Source: an uncultured Planctomycetaceae bacterium
GTDB taxonomy: Bacteria > Planctomycetota > Planctomycetia > Planctomycetales > Planctomycetaceae
Reading direction: 5' to 3'
Assembly (NCBI GenBank): GCA_963815195.1
Contig: CAWFGE010000014.1
Location: forward strand, 32,001-96,000
DNA: 64,000 nucleotides
The translations under genes and the position numbers were made by a program. Positions 14,331 to 25,059 of the stretch are shown in pieces. The notes below the pieces were generated by a model. That model saw only the letters and a list, made by a program, of their open reading frames with translations. It did not search any database and was not told the origin of the DNA. How positions within the stretch are numbered: the first letter of the stretch is position 1; each line of letters opens with the position of its first letter.

Positions 14331-16541
14331 TCAGACACTCAAGATGTCGTGCTCTTTGCACCACTCGAACGTGGCTAATCCAAACAGCAATTCTTCAATT
14401 TCTGCAATCGGAGTTTGGTAAGGCTCCCAATCCTCGGGTACCGCAAATTCTAGAGGAACGCCCGTGAGCTTTTGCTTGAGCACGAAGCCGAAGGCACGCG
14501 GACCATCGTCGGTATTGGCGACTACTATCTTCCAGAACTGCTTCGGAATTTGAATCTTGACTGGGCCATTCGAATCGACGCCATTGAATCGCTTGTCGGA
14601 GGGATCGAGAACTGGTCCCGCAAACACGATCACCCGCTCAGATGTCGTTTCATGCTGAATTAGGTTTTCCAGATCTCCCCAATTGTCGACCCCTTTGGTG
14701 GCCTGGTTGAATTTCGCAACTTGGGGTGAGCAGTTCGTCGTATGAAACGTGTCGCCATTCCCCTTTTGCATGTCTTCGAATGAGTCCCCCCAAGCGACGT
14801 CATCTCGCCGCACCAGATGACCCCGGTCAAACGCTCCCTGGTCCTTGATGAAGAATTTGTCGGGGAGCTGTTCCCCAGCTGGAATACGCTCGTCGATCGC
14901 CCAGGCTTCTCGAATGTTGTCGTCATCAAATCCGTTGAGTTCGTCTCGTGTCGGCTTGTGGCCGTTGGAGAGGAACTTGTCTTCCGACTGCCAGCTGACG
15001 TTGGACGCAGTGAACAACGCGAGGCGGCGCTCTTTATGCATGACGACTGAAAACTTGTGGTACTTGAGTTCATGGCTGTCATCCGACAGCCGGGCGACGA
15101 CATCCGCACCGTCCTCCGTGAGTTCCGGCAATGGCACCAGTTCCCCGCCATCGAGTTCGAGAAAGTGGGGATCGTATCCAGTGCGCTGATCCAGGTTGGG
15201 GTGAATCACCGGGACTTGAAACGTTGCTTCACGCGCAGCACGGACTGGTGCTATTGCTGGCCCGACGTTCGCGCCCAGCAGTGGTTGTCCCAATGAGATG
15301 GACACTTGGATGGGGATCGTCCAGGTGACCGACTGTTGGTCAGGCTGGCCAGTCACGAAAGGAGCAGCTGGGAACGCTGCGGATACGCCACTGTCAGCCA
15401 GCGACTCAATGCCGCGCCAGGCACGGTCCCATTCCTCGGTCGGCGGAACGCTGCCGACAAAATTCATGCCTGTATCCACCACGCGCGGGTCACGAGCCAG
15501 CTCGAATAACGGCACCGAGTAGTTCGCTTTGAGAGTTATGCCGGCGAAATGCAGTCCCACAACTTCTCCAGTGTCCACGTCGACGATTGCAGAACCCGAG
15601 TTCCCAGCAAGCGTGGAGCTATCGTGTGTCATCGCTGGAACGACGTAATCGAAACTCTCGATCCGCTCCCTGACTTCGATTTCGCCAGGAGCCAGCCGCT
15701 TGACGCCAAAGATTGTTCCATAGACCTTTCGCTCCAGTTGTACGGCTTTACGAGATCGGTCATTTCCGCGACCCGGATATCCGATCACCACAATGTTGCG
15801 TCCGACCAGATCCTCTGGCGCCCGAACCGATAACCGCAGCCCCCCATTTGCAGCCGACAACCCGTCGACGCGGAACAGCGCCATATCCCAATACGGATGC
15901 ACCATCACCACATCCGTGAGCCGAACACTGGTCGAAAGATCGTTCGGATCGAGTTCGTTCTCGCGCCGGAAGTCGATGGCAGACTCAACCCCCGGAATGA
16001 ACGACAGTTGGTTTCGCAGCCGTCCCGTGCCACGCACGAACGCCTCGGCAACGTGCCGGTTCGTCATCATCAGATTCGGGCCCACGACAAAGCCGGTACC
16101 GATATGCTGCGGGATACCGCCAGAGATGTCCTCGATACGTCCAATGGAAGGCATCAGGGCGTTGATACGCGAGCGAACTGGGTCTGCATTGAGCTGCGTC
16201 CAAGGATCTGGAAGTACATCAAATTCGTCGTCGATCACGAACACGACGGGACGGCCATCCTCCTCAACGATCGCTTCTAACACCCCATGCTCTCGTCCCG
16301 TGATATCGTCAAAATCACCATTCTCCAACTTCCGTAGAGCCGACGTCTCCACATCGAAATCGCGCGTGACGAGATTGTCCAGATTGGACCCGCGCCCACG
16401 GGCCTCGCCCGTCAGACTCTCCCTTCCCCCTTCGCCCGCTGGTGCCGTGCTTCTCTCCTTCGCCAGAGATTCCAACTTGCCAGCTCCGGCAACTCTGGAA
16501 AGTTTTCTTCGAAGGGCATGAAGTGAAGTATCTCGTGGCAT
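14331..16541 (-). CDS. Trypsin/V8-like serine protease fused to a DNA/RNA non-specific (NucA/EndoG-type) endonuclease
   Basis: Protease motifs MTNRHVA, DMALF, STLAGNSGS and GLHFAG; nuclease motifs FDRGHLVRRDD and TFHTTNCSPQ...FNQ...WGDLE. Confidence 0.9.
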   Translation of the reverse strand: MPRDTSLHALRRKLSRVAGAGKLESLAKERSTAPAGEGGRESLTGEARGRGSNLDNLVTRDFDVETSALRKLENGDFDDITGREHGVLEAIVEEDGRPVVFVIDDEFDVLPDPWTQLNADPVRSRINALMPSIGRIEDISGGIPQHIGTGFVVGPNLMMTNRHVAEAFVRGTGRLRNQLSFIPGVESAIDFRRENELDPNDLSTSVRLTDVVMVHPYWDMALFRVDGLSAANGGLRLSVRAPEDLVGRNIVVIGYPGRGNDRSRKAVQLERKVYGTIFGVKRLAPGEIEVRERIESFDYVVPAMTHDSSTLAGNSGSAIVDVDTGEVVGLHFAGITLKANYSVPLFELARDPRVVDTGMNFVGSVPPTEEWDRAWRGIESLADSGVSAAFPAAPFVTGQPDQQSVTWTIPIQVSISLGQPLLGANVGPAIAPVRAAREATFQVPVIHPNLDQRTGYDPHFLELDGGELVPLPELTEDGADVVARLSDDSHELKYHKFSVVMHKERRLALFTASNVSWQSEDKFLSNGHKPTRDELNGFDDDNIREAWAIDERIPAGEQLPDKFFIKDQGAFDRGHLVRRDDVAWGDSFEDMQKGNGDTFHTTNCSPQVAKFNQATKGVDNWGDLENLIQHETTSERVIVFAGPVLDPSDKRFNGVDSNGPVKIQIPKQFWKIVVANTDDGPRAFGFVLKQKLTGVPLEFAVPEDWEPYQTPIAEIEELLFGLATFEWCKEHDILSV

Positions 16542-16576
16542 GGAATGTCTCCTGCGAAGTGAGGATGTAGAATGGG

Positions 16577-17676
16577 TCAGTCTCTCGCTTTCGCAGCGAT
16601 CTTGGCGATGTACTTGTCCAGGCTGTGGTCGCTGACGCTGGGAAACAGTCCTTCGGTCTGAGGCTGCAAACGCGATTCGATCAATGGACGATTGACGCTG
16701 ACAACTTCCTGACCAATCCGTGATTGCAGAGCTTCATATTCGGCTGCTGTTAGCATGGGTGGTCCAGGTTCAACACCTTCATTGCCGATCGACTCAACGA
16801 ACGCCTGCTCAGTCGATGGCAACGATTGCCCGTTCTGTAGGTTGCCCAGGGGATCGAAGTGCAGCAGGCGACCCACATGTTGATAACCCGGTGGTACTCG
16901 CGGCACTATGTCATCATCGTTCACGAAACGGAAGAACTTCCTGGAGTAATGCTGCATGAAGTACATTCGGAAAGCACCTCTCCCGACGGCTGGCTGCCCA
17001 AATGTCACGACCCATGATGCTGGCATGAAATCCTGCCATTCGGCGGCCATCATTGTTGCGAGTGCTCCTCCCAAACTGTGGCCTGTCAAAATGAGCTTTC
17101 GCCCACCGACTCCCGAGAGCGCCGTCCTCAACCGCGCCTCGACGGCCTGAAATGCTCCGAGAAATCCCCGGTGCGCAACCCCGTAGTTGCGCGAGTTCGC
17201 CCGGGGACGTTGATGTTTCTCAGCCAGTCGCCACGGCTTTCGGTCCCGCGAAATGAGACCAATGCGATCTCTGAGGTTAACGCGACGAAACACTGCGTGT
17301 CATCGACATCGATGAATTCGCAAGAACCAAAACCCCATGATCTCGTCAAGCCAAGGCAGGTCGACTTGACGCTCTGATCGGACTCGTATGCCAACTTGCT
17401 GGTAAGCGCCAAAGACAATGCCGCTTTCCAGGTGAAGGTCGACTTCGAGAGCGAATCCAGATGGAACGGTGCTGTAACAATCGTCGGTGGTGAACTTCCG
17501 AGCTGTCCCTCTGGCAATGGCTCAAGCGACATCTTGGGCTGCATGTCGCTCGCATGCATCGATAGGACAGGCATTCCGATCGTCACCGAGAGCAAAACGG
17601 GAACTGAAAACTCAGCATTGTTAGCCCGCGCAGCTAGAACCACGGTATGTGATAATGATCCGCCTCCGGAACTCAT
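16577..17676 (-). CDS. Lipase class 3 (alpha/beta hydrolase), frameshift near 17190; probably N-terminally truncated
   Basis: VSFRGTES, VAHRGF, TGHSLGG, TFGQPAVG, DIVPRVP and DHSLDKY motifs across ORFs 17128-17676 and 16577-17293. Confidence 0.85.
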
Positions 17677-17837
17677 GACATCTTTACTCCCAGCTCAAGA
17701 ACAACAATCCAGTGCTGATCGGGTTTTCGTGAGCCCACGCTGACCTCTTTCATGCGATAGAAACAACAAGGACAGAAACAGGGACAATTGGTGCCAGCCA
17801 TGCGATCGCTGCAACGCGCAACCAACCTTCGAAAGGG

Positions 17838-18110
17838 TCAACACACATATGGAACAAACATCCATTTGACCCTGTTCGCGTAAGCGGCATATTCCGCGTC
17901 ACCCAGGAACACTCGCTCCTCAGCGAAGGCTCTTGTCACTAAGCAGGCTATCCCCACGCTTGCCACGACAACATTCCATCCTGTTGGATTACACGCCACA
18001 ACGATTGCGTCACCACACATATACAATGAATGGATGGCGAACTATCGTGAAAGCTCCACGAGAGACGACCGCCCGCCTAGCGGGTAGAATGCCAAAACTC
18101 GTCCCCATGG
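17838..18110 (-). pseudogene. C-terminal fragment of an isoprenylcysteine carboxyl methyltransferase (ICMT/PEMT-like) membrane protein
   Basis: SFGILPARRAVVSRGAFTIVRHP and EERVFLGDAEYAAYANRVKW match the family C-terminal motifs; fused to an unrelated upstream frame. Confidence 0.6.
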
Positions 18111-18960
18111 CCTCAGCTCCCCGCCGTGCCTCGCGTTCTCGCTGCGATTGAGCAAGACGTTCTTGTTCAATCCGCTGCTGCTCTACCGTAGCGGTCGAAA
18201 GAATCTGCGTTGTTGATGCCCGGATGGCTGCTATATCGGATGGCAGCACCTTATCGATTTGTGCTCTGACAAAGGGGTCCGCCCAATCAGATGCTGGTGG
18301 AATATCAGGAGGAGGGTTTGCAACGTATCCTTGCTTCACGCGCGTTAGTAAGGCTTGGACTCTGGCGTTATCCGGGCTCGCAAGTTGGTGCTCGTTAAGT
18401 CTCAGTTCGATTGCCTTGTAGGAACTGTCCAGTGTTGCGGCTGCGTGCTCAATTTCGCTGGGACTTGACGCGGATCGATTGTATTTAGCGAGAACACCTA
18501 ACGCGTCTCCATTCCTCCGAATTTCTTTTTCGGCATCCCGCCGAGCGGCATCGACGAAATCGAGCTGCGCGGCGAGTCCATCGAGCGCGGTTTCGAGCCA
18601 AGCTCGCTTCAATTCGGGTGTGCCAGTTCGCTCAACAAGAATGCGAAGGATACCGTACAGCCGCTGCGGCTCGGGCCTGTCAACACGAAGCGAAGAATTC
18701 AAACGCGACTCACCTGCCGAAATATCTCCTGGTCGTCGTGCGTTTTCCGTCACAAGCGCACGGCGGGTTTCCTCCACGTCAACGCGGTCGTCGGCGTGAG
18801 GTGCCCGCGGATCATTGATCGCGGCGAGGTCCGAGAAGATTCCCAGGAGTGGGTCGATCCGCAGCGTGACAAGCTCATACAGCCGAGGGTGTCGATGGCA
18901 TCTTTGGCGAGGATCAGATTGACGATCTTTTGGAAATCATCGGAGCGTTTCGCCCGACAG
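18110..18960 (-). pseudogene. Internal fragment of a helical hypothetical protein
   Basis: ORF 18010-18777, extendable upstream across a frameshift; no clear start or family. Confidence 0.35.
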
Positions 18961-19088
18961 ATACATGATGCGGACCGTGACTGATGCAACAACGCACCTT
19001 CGACTTCGATGCTGATCTGCGTTCGTCAATCCGGGCCGCCACCAGGCAACACACACTTGAGACCATCTTTGACCTACGGAAAAAATCC

Positions 19089-19935
19089 ATGATTACCGGA
19101 GCACTTCGCAGCAAGATCGACCGCCTCTGGCTGGAGTTCCACTCAGGCGGCATCACCAACCCGCTGACCGTGATTGAGCAGATCACCTACCTGATGTTCC
19201 TGCGTCTGCTGGACATCGCCGAGATGCGGAACGAAAAAAAGGCGGCTCGCGCGAAGAAGCCCTTCAAGCGGGTCTTCGCCGATCCCGACGCCGATGGCAC
19301 CAAGGGTCACAGCGAGCAACATCTGCGCTGGCATCGTCTCCGCACGATGGACGGCCCGGCCCTGGTCCAACTGATGACCAAACCGAAGACCAAGGAAGAC
19401 CCGGCGGGCGGCGTCTTTGCGCATCTGAAAGAAATGTCCGCCGAGCAGACCACCTTCGGCGAGTTCATGAAGGATGCCCAGTTCCTGGTCATCAAGCCTC
19501 AGCTGCTGGTCAAGGCGATGGAACTGATCGAAGACCTTCCGTTGGAAAAGGGAGACACCAAGGGCGACCTGTACGAGTACATGCTCGGCAAACTGACCAC
19601 CGCCGGCATCAACGGCCAGTTCCGTACGCCGCCGCACATCATTCGCATGATGGTCGAGATCGTTGATCCCGAACCGCAGTGGAAAATCGGCGACCCAGCC
19701 TGCGGAACCGGCGGCTTCCTTGTCCGCACGATGGAGTATTTGCAGAAGAAATACACATCCGAGGGAGGCACGATCATCGAGGAAATCGTAAACGAAGACG
19801 GCTCGAAGGAAACGAACACGATTTATACCGGAGATGAACTGGAACCGTATCGAGATCACATTCAGAACGACATGTTCTACGGCTACGACTTTGATGCCAC
19901 CATGCTCCGCATCGCCGCAATGAACATGATGCTGC
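19089..19935 (+). pseudogene. hsdM: Type I restriction-modification methyltransferase subunit, 5' half only
   Basis: [57 protein letters not shown]. Breaks at AAMNMML (normally MNMxLHG); no NPPF motif follows. Confidence 0.9.
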
Positions 19936-21055
19936 CCCGCAGGGTGTGGTTGACGTCCTGGATGGTGGCTTCGAGATTGCAGCCTTTCTTGCGCCGCGTC
20001 TTTTGGCGGATCGCGTCTTTCAGTTTCTCCAGGCTCTTCTTGCGGGGAAAGCGTTTGCCCCGCGTGAAGTGATAGCCCAGAAACGCGAAGCCGTCGTCCA
20101 CGGCGTGCGCCACGTGCGTTTTCTCGGGATGCAAAGAGAGTCCGGCGTCCGCCGTCCAGGTTTCGACCAGAGCCAAAGCGTCTTGAGCTTCCTGCTCCGT
20201 GCGACACAGGATCACGAAGTCGTCGGCGTATCGCACCATCTCGAAGCCATTGAAGGCCATCAGGTGGTCCAGCGAATCGAGGTAGATGTTCGAAAGCAAA
20301 GGCGAGATCACCGCCCCTTGCGGACTGCCTTGTTCGGGAGTCCATTCGGAGAGGCCATCCATTACGCCTTGCTTCAGGAACGACTCGATCAAGGCCAGCA
20401 CCCGGCCGTCGCTGATCTTCGCGGCGATCAATTGCATCAGACCTTCGTGAGGAATCGTGTCGAAATAGCTTTTCAGGTCGGCATCCACAACATAAACATA
20501 ACCGGCCTTCAGGAGCGCATCGACACGCCGGAGCGCATCTTTGCATCCGCGTCCGGGACGGAAGCCGTACGAATGTTCGGCGAAGTCCCGTTCGAAGATC
20601 GGTTCGATCACATCGCGAAGCGCCGTTTGCACGACGCGATCGCGGATCGTGGGGATTCCCAGAGGTCGCTTGTCCCGGCTGCCCGGTTTGGGGATCAGAA
20701 TTCGGCGAACGGATTTGGGTTGGTACGTGCCGGCTTTGAGTTCGTCGGAGAGTTCGCGAACATTTTCCGCGATCCGATCTTCGAACATCGCCGGCGTGAC
20801 GTGATCCACACCCGCCGCTTTGTTCTTTCGTCCCGTCACCTGGCGGGCTGCCGAGTGCAGCGTGTCCTCGCGATAGACCTTGTCAATCAGACTGAACCAT
20901 TGGCCCCCTTTCACTCCGTTCACCAGAGCTGTCAACATGCGGTCCGTCCAGATCCAAGGTTTAGTCCACGCCCAGTTGCTCCGGACGCTTTCCGCTCCGG
21001 CTTGTGTAGCCTGATGAGGCACTTCCGCCGGTCTCATTTCCTTGTTGTCTGTCAT
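19933..21055 (-). CDS. ltrA: Group II intron reverse transcriptase/maturase, C-terminally truncated
   Basis: [62 protein letters not shown]. After VNHTLRG the frame reads antisense hsdM to a stop at 19883. Confidence 0.92.
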
Positions 21056-21555
21056 CTCGCATCCACCTTCCTGCCCCCCTTTGCTCCACGGGAATTACCC
21101 CGCTTCCACGCTCGTATGAGGGCTCTGACTTTCGCGGCCCCTTCGCCTCCGGCGAAAACCTTTGCAGGTCCGCGAATCTCTGTGCTTAAATTGTTTGGCC
21201 TTCCGACCATTCCGTCCCCAACCACCTTACTGCCCTGCCCCTGCCGTCAGTTGCACACTACCCTTACTGCGGCAGGCGTCCCCAAAGTTGCTCCCCGGCG
21301 GACCGAAAAGGTCGGGAGCTATGGCCACGACTTTGAGGTTCGGGTTTCACCATTAGCTAGCAGGCTCACCGGTAGGCTCGGCCGAAACGGGTTCGCTTTA
21401 CTACGGACTGGTCGTTCTCCTCCAGTTGCTTCCCACCCCGATGGTTCGCACCTATCCCTGCTTGCCATCGACGCAGTTCCCTTCAGATTCAGGTCGGAGA
21501 GTGACTCCCTGAAGAGGACTTCCACCTCTCTGACCAAACAACTTCACACACGCAC
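19933..21555 (-). mobile_element. Group II intron, 3'-truncated (DV/DVI absent)
   Basis: Canonical 5' end GTGCG at 21555-21551 on the minus strand, about 500 nt of non-coding sequence, then the RT ORF. The sequence stops inside maturase domain X at the hsdM junction. Confidence 0.85.
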
Positions 21556-21557
21556 TA

Positions 21558-21687
21558 GCCACCGGATCACCGGTCATTCTCGACGCCATCCTCGAAAAGA
21601 TCGACAACTGCACCGCCTTTGTCGCCGACGTCTCGATCATCAACTCCGCCGACGTCCGCCGTGATCCCTCGGCACGCTCGATATAGG
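21558..21687 (+). pseudogene. Fragment of a TIR-like/nucleoside 2-deoxyribosyltransferase-like gene (intron insertion target)
   Basis: Hand translation ATGSPVILDAILEKIDNCTAFVADVSIIN matches the 'GSPxIxxxIxxKIxxxxxFVADVS' family pattern; the expected downstream PNPNVxxELG motif is missing. Confidence 0.55.
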
Positions 21688-21700
21688 AAGAACAGGAACC

Positions 21701-22766
21701 ATGATCAAAGGAATCTATGTCAGAAACTTCAAAGGCATCGGGGAGCAGGGCGTCACGCTGGAACTCGAACCGGTCACATTGCTCTTCGGGAGCAATAGCG
21801 CCGGGAAAGATACTTACGACGTCGTTGCCATCACGCATCTTGATAACGATCATACCTGCAAGGCCGAGACCTTCTTTCACTTCGATTACGCCAAAAAGTA
21901 CCAGGGCGAGGGGAGGTTCAAGATCAAGAGTTTGTGGGTGCCCGCGGGTGTTATCACCGAAAGCCGCAACGGACTCGGCGACGGGGCGAAGGCGCTGCAG
22001 GCGGAAGCGCGCCACCGGCTGAGAAAGGGGTACGGCATCCGCGTCTTTTCCCGACCGGCGGCACTGAAGGACTGGCTGGAAGCCAATGATTTGACGCTGG
22101 AGGACCGCGAACACCTCATCACCGACGCCGGCCAATTGGCCAAGGAGGCTGACGCTGTCGGCCGATAGCGTGGAGTTTTTCGTACACAGCCCCTTCGCTT
22201 GGCGGCAGGATGACGAGTTGTTCGACCGCAACCGTGATGCTCTGGTCATGCAGGCGACGTTCAATTCCAGCGACCAAATCACCCGCGCCATCCTCGGCTC
22301 CGACGCCGACTGGGATGCGCTGGCGAAAATCGTGCAGACCACAAAGCGGCACAAGCGATCTGAACGCCTCAACTGCATCTTTAAGCTGCCGCATCACTGC
22401 TCGTATCTCTCCATCGGCCCCGAGAAGGGAGATGAGAAGACCGTCCCCGATAAGCATGTGAAGTGGCTGTTCGAGACCCAGAGCAATGACGGTTGCATAA
22501 TCGTCTCTCCCAGCTGGCCGATCCCCGCGAAGGGCAGCAAGGAGGACAAGGATCCACAGCCGCCGCACCGTCAGGCCAAAAACTATTATTACGACGATGT
22601 TGTCACCGCGCACGACGGCGAGTGGAAAGTGACGATGGAGCACCCGAAGGTCTCCGCTCCCAAGCCCATTGTCATCGAGATCTCAAGCAGCGGGGCGATG
22701 CTCAAGAAGCAGATCGCCGTCGGTGCCGCCGCCGTCATTGGCACCAACGCTCCACGGGCTGGCTAA
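21701..22766 (+). CDS. Metallo-beta-lactamase-fold hydrolase ending in C-terminal Gly; N-terminus replaced by 36 aa of an ABC/AAA ATPase; frameshift near 22145
   Basis: VRNFKG...LFGSNSAGK (Walker A) joined to DVVAITHLDNDH; then LGSDAD and FKLPHHCS; C-terminus NAPRAG-stop. Confidence 0.75.
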
Positions 22767-22769
22767 ATA

Positions 22770-25023
22770 ATGGCTGCGGAATACCTTATGCCACCAGGCA
22801 TCGTCGTCCAGCCGATGGCATTGACGTTGGGTCGAGCGCACGGCGCTGACCGAGGCGCTGGCGCCGGTCGGCTGCCATATGTTGAGCTTCTGGACTGCGT
22901 GCAACACAGCGCGGACGGGGACCTTGAGGAGACGGTGGTCTTTGAGGTGGAAGTCGAGCGCCGCAAAGACGTGTGCATGACGTGCGCCGGAAGGAGCGGA
23001 TTGCAGTCACCTTTAAACCGGCGGACAATTGGTATCCCGAAGTGGTGGCGTTGCGCGCCGACTTCCCGAAGGTGCCGCACACCAACCTGCGCGACGCCGA
23101 GTTCCCGCGAAGTCTCTGCCTGTACGACCAGCCATGGTCGCAAATCGCGTTGCGTTGGACGCCCACTCTATTCGTCGAACGCATTCGCTTTTGGCTGGCC
23201 GAGACCGCCAAGGGCACGCTCCACCAGGACGACCAGCCGCTGGAGCCGCTGTTGTTCGGCAGTGGCTACCACATCGTTCTCCCCGCCGACTATTTCGAAG
23301 GCGAAACGGAAGGCAATTACCAGGAGCTGAAGGTCTCACTCGCCTACAATAAAAAGGACTGTCGCACTCTTTTTGCGGAGAAGGGTCAGGGCACCGAAGG
23401 CCTGCCATATCTCGCACTGTCATTCCTCGCAGCTCCACAGATGCACGGTACAATCCGCCACTCGCCTCACAACCTGCGCGAGCTTGACGAATTCCTAAAG
23501 CCGGCGGGTATCGTCCTGATCGAATCGCTCCGCGCGAAGCTGGCCGACTGGAATAAGCCCGAACTGCTTGACATGCGCATTCTCTTTGTGATCGCCTTTC
23601 CGTTGCTGCGAGCGGGGCAGGCAACCGTCGAGAGCACCGATATGTGGGTTTTCTTCACGCTGAAAAGCATCGCCGAAGTCGGAATCGACATCGGTTTGTG
23701 GGAGAAAAGCCAGCACGGGCTGGGAACTCAGTTGAGGCACAATCCGGCAGCAGACGGCAGCAGCGTTCCGCTTGACATCATTTCGCCGCATTTCGACTTT
23801 TCTCGCTCCAATGCCGCTGCTGCTAGCGGACTCAGCCCGGACACCTGTCCCGCCGTTGCCATCGGTGCCGGCGCGCTCGGGTCGCAGATGCTCAGGCTTC
23901 TGGCGCAGTGCGGCTTCGGCGTCTGGTGCGTGATTGATGAAGACATCCTCCTTCCCCACAATCTCGCCCGCCACGCCCTCGATCAAGCGGCCGTCGGAAA
24001 GCCAAAGGCAGCGACCGTTGCCGCTTGCTTGCGGCAGATTTATTTTGAGGACCAGCCGCTGAACTTCATTGAGGCCGACATCCTGCACCCCGGCAGCAAC
24101 AAGGGAAAAATCGAGGAGCAACTCCAGACCGCAGAACTGGTCCTCGACCTGGCAGCGGCGATTCCGGTGTCGCGGTATCTCCGCACGAAGCGCCGGGTGC
24201 GGCACGTCGGGTATCGCTATTCCTGAATCCGCGCGGAAATGATCTCGTGCTGCTGGCGGAGGATGTCAGCCGAACGCTCCGCCTAGATTGCCTGGAAATG
24301 CAATATTACCGCGCACTCTGCCGCGACGCCGAGCTACGGGAGCACCTAGCCCCACCGTCCGGGCGGCTCCGGTACGCGCGCTCCTGTCGGGATGTTAGCG
24401 CCAAGATCCCGAATCATGCCGTGGCGATGCATGCGGCGATCGGGGCTAAGGGCATTCGGCAGGTGGCCGATTCGGATGGCGCGGCTATCCGCATCTGGCA
24501 TTCCGCCCCCGAGACACTCGATGTCCGGCGATTCGATGTCCCACCCTCGCCCGTGCACCGCCATGTCTATGGTCCGTGGACACTCGTGGTGGACGAATAC
24601 GTGCAGTGCCGGGTTTCAGAGCTGCGGCAGTCCAAGTTGCCGAAGGAAACCGGTGGTGTTCTGATGGGTGCGTACGACCTCGACCGGCGAATTATCTACG
24701 TCGTTGATACCATCCCGTCACCGCCGGATAGCGAAGAGTGGCCAACGCTCTACATTCGTGGGAAGAAAGGCTTGGCTGGGCAGGTGAAGGAGATCACCGC
24801 GATCACCGACGGCCAGCTCGAATATGTTGGCGAGTGGCACTCGCATCCCGAAAACTGCGCCTGCAGGCCCAGCGACGACGACCTTAAGGTTTTCGGTTGG
24901 CTGACGAAAAATATGGCCGAGGCCGGCTTACCGGCTCTCATGGCGATCGCCGGCCAAGGGCCTATCGTGGCTTGGTATCTCGGCGTCATGCCGCGTAGCG
25001 GTGGCTGGGAGGTAGGATTATGA
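22770..25023 (+). CDS. Prokaryotic E2 - ThiF/E1 - JAB fusion protein (Cap2/Cap3-like), split by frameshifts near 22975 and 24180
   Basis: E2-like ALRADFPKVPHTN...SLCLY...LHQDDQPLEP; ThiF IGAGALGS and DILLPHNLARH; JAB ETGGVLMG and YVGEWHSHP...PSDDD. Confidence 0.85.
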
Positions 25024-25059
25024 TCAGTTACCGCGGAATTGGCTGACCGGAGTACCCAC

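Noticed and set aside
18984..20072. Intact 362-aa HsdM, or an intron inserted into hsdM
   Set aside because: The tail after MNMML is antisense RT sequence, and the other intron flank is not hsdM.
19883..21055. RT as a retron, DGR or CRISPR-associated RT
   Set aside because: Typical group II intron RT motifs with a GTGCG 5' end; no Cas1 fusion, template repeat or msr/msd seen.
19143..21664. Long ORFs 19143-20546 (-) and 19946-21664 (+)
   Set aside because: Antisense shadows of hsdM and the RT in GC-rich DNA; no motifs.
21701..22168. Genuine ATPase-MBL fusion family
   Set aside because: Only 36 aa up to Walker A are present, with no Walker B or signature motif; best explained as a deletion chimera.
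22770..25023. CBASS or Pycsar system
   Set aside because: No CD-NTase or cyclase gene is adjacent; the upstream partner is an MBL.
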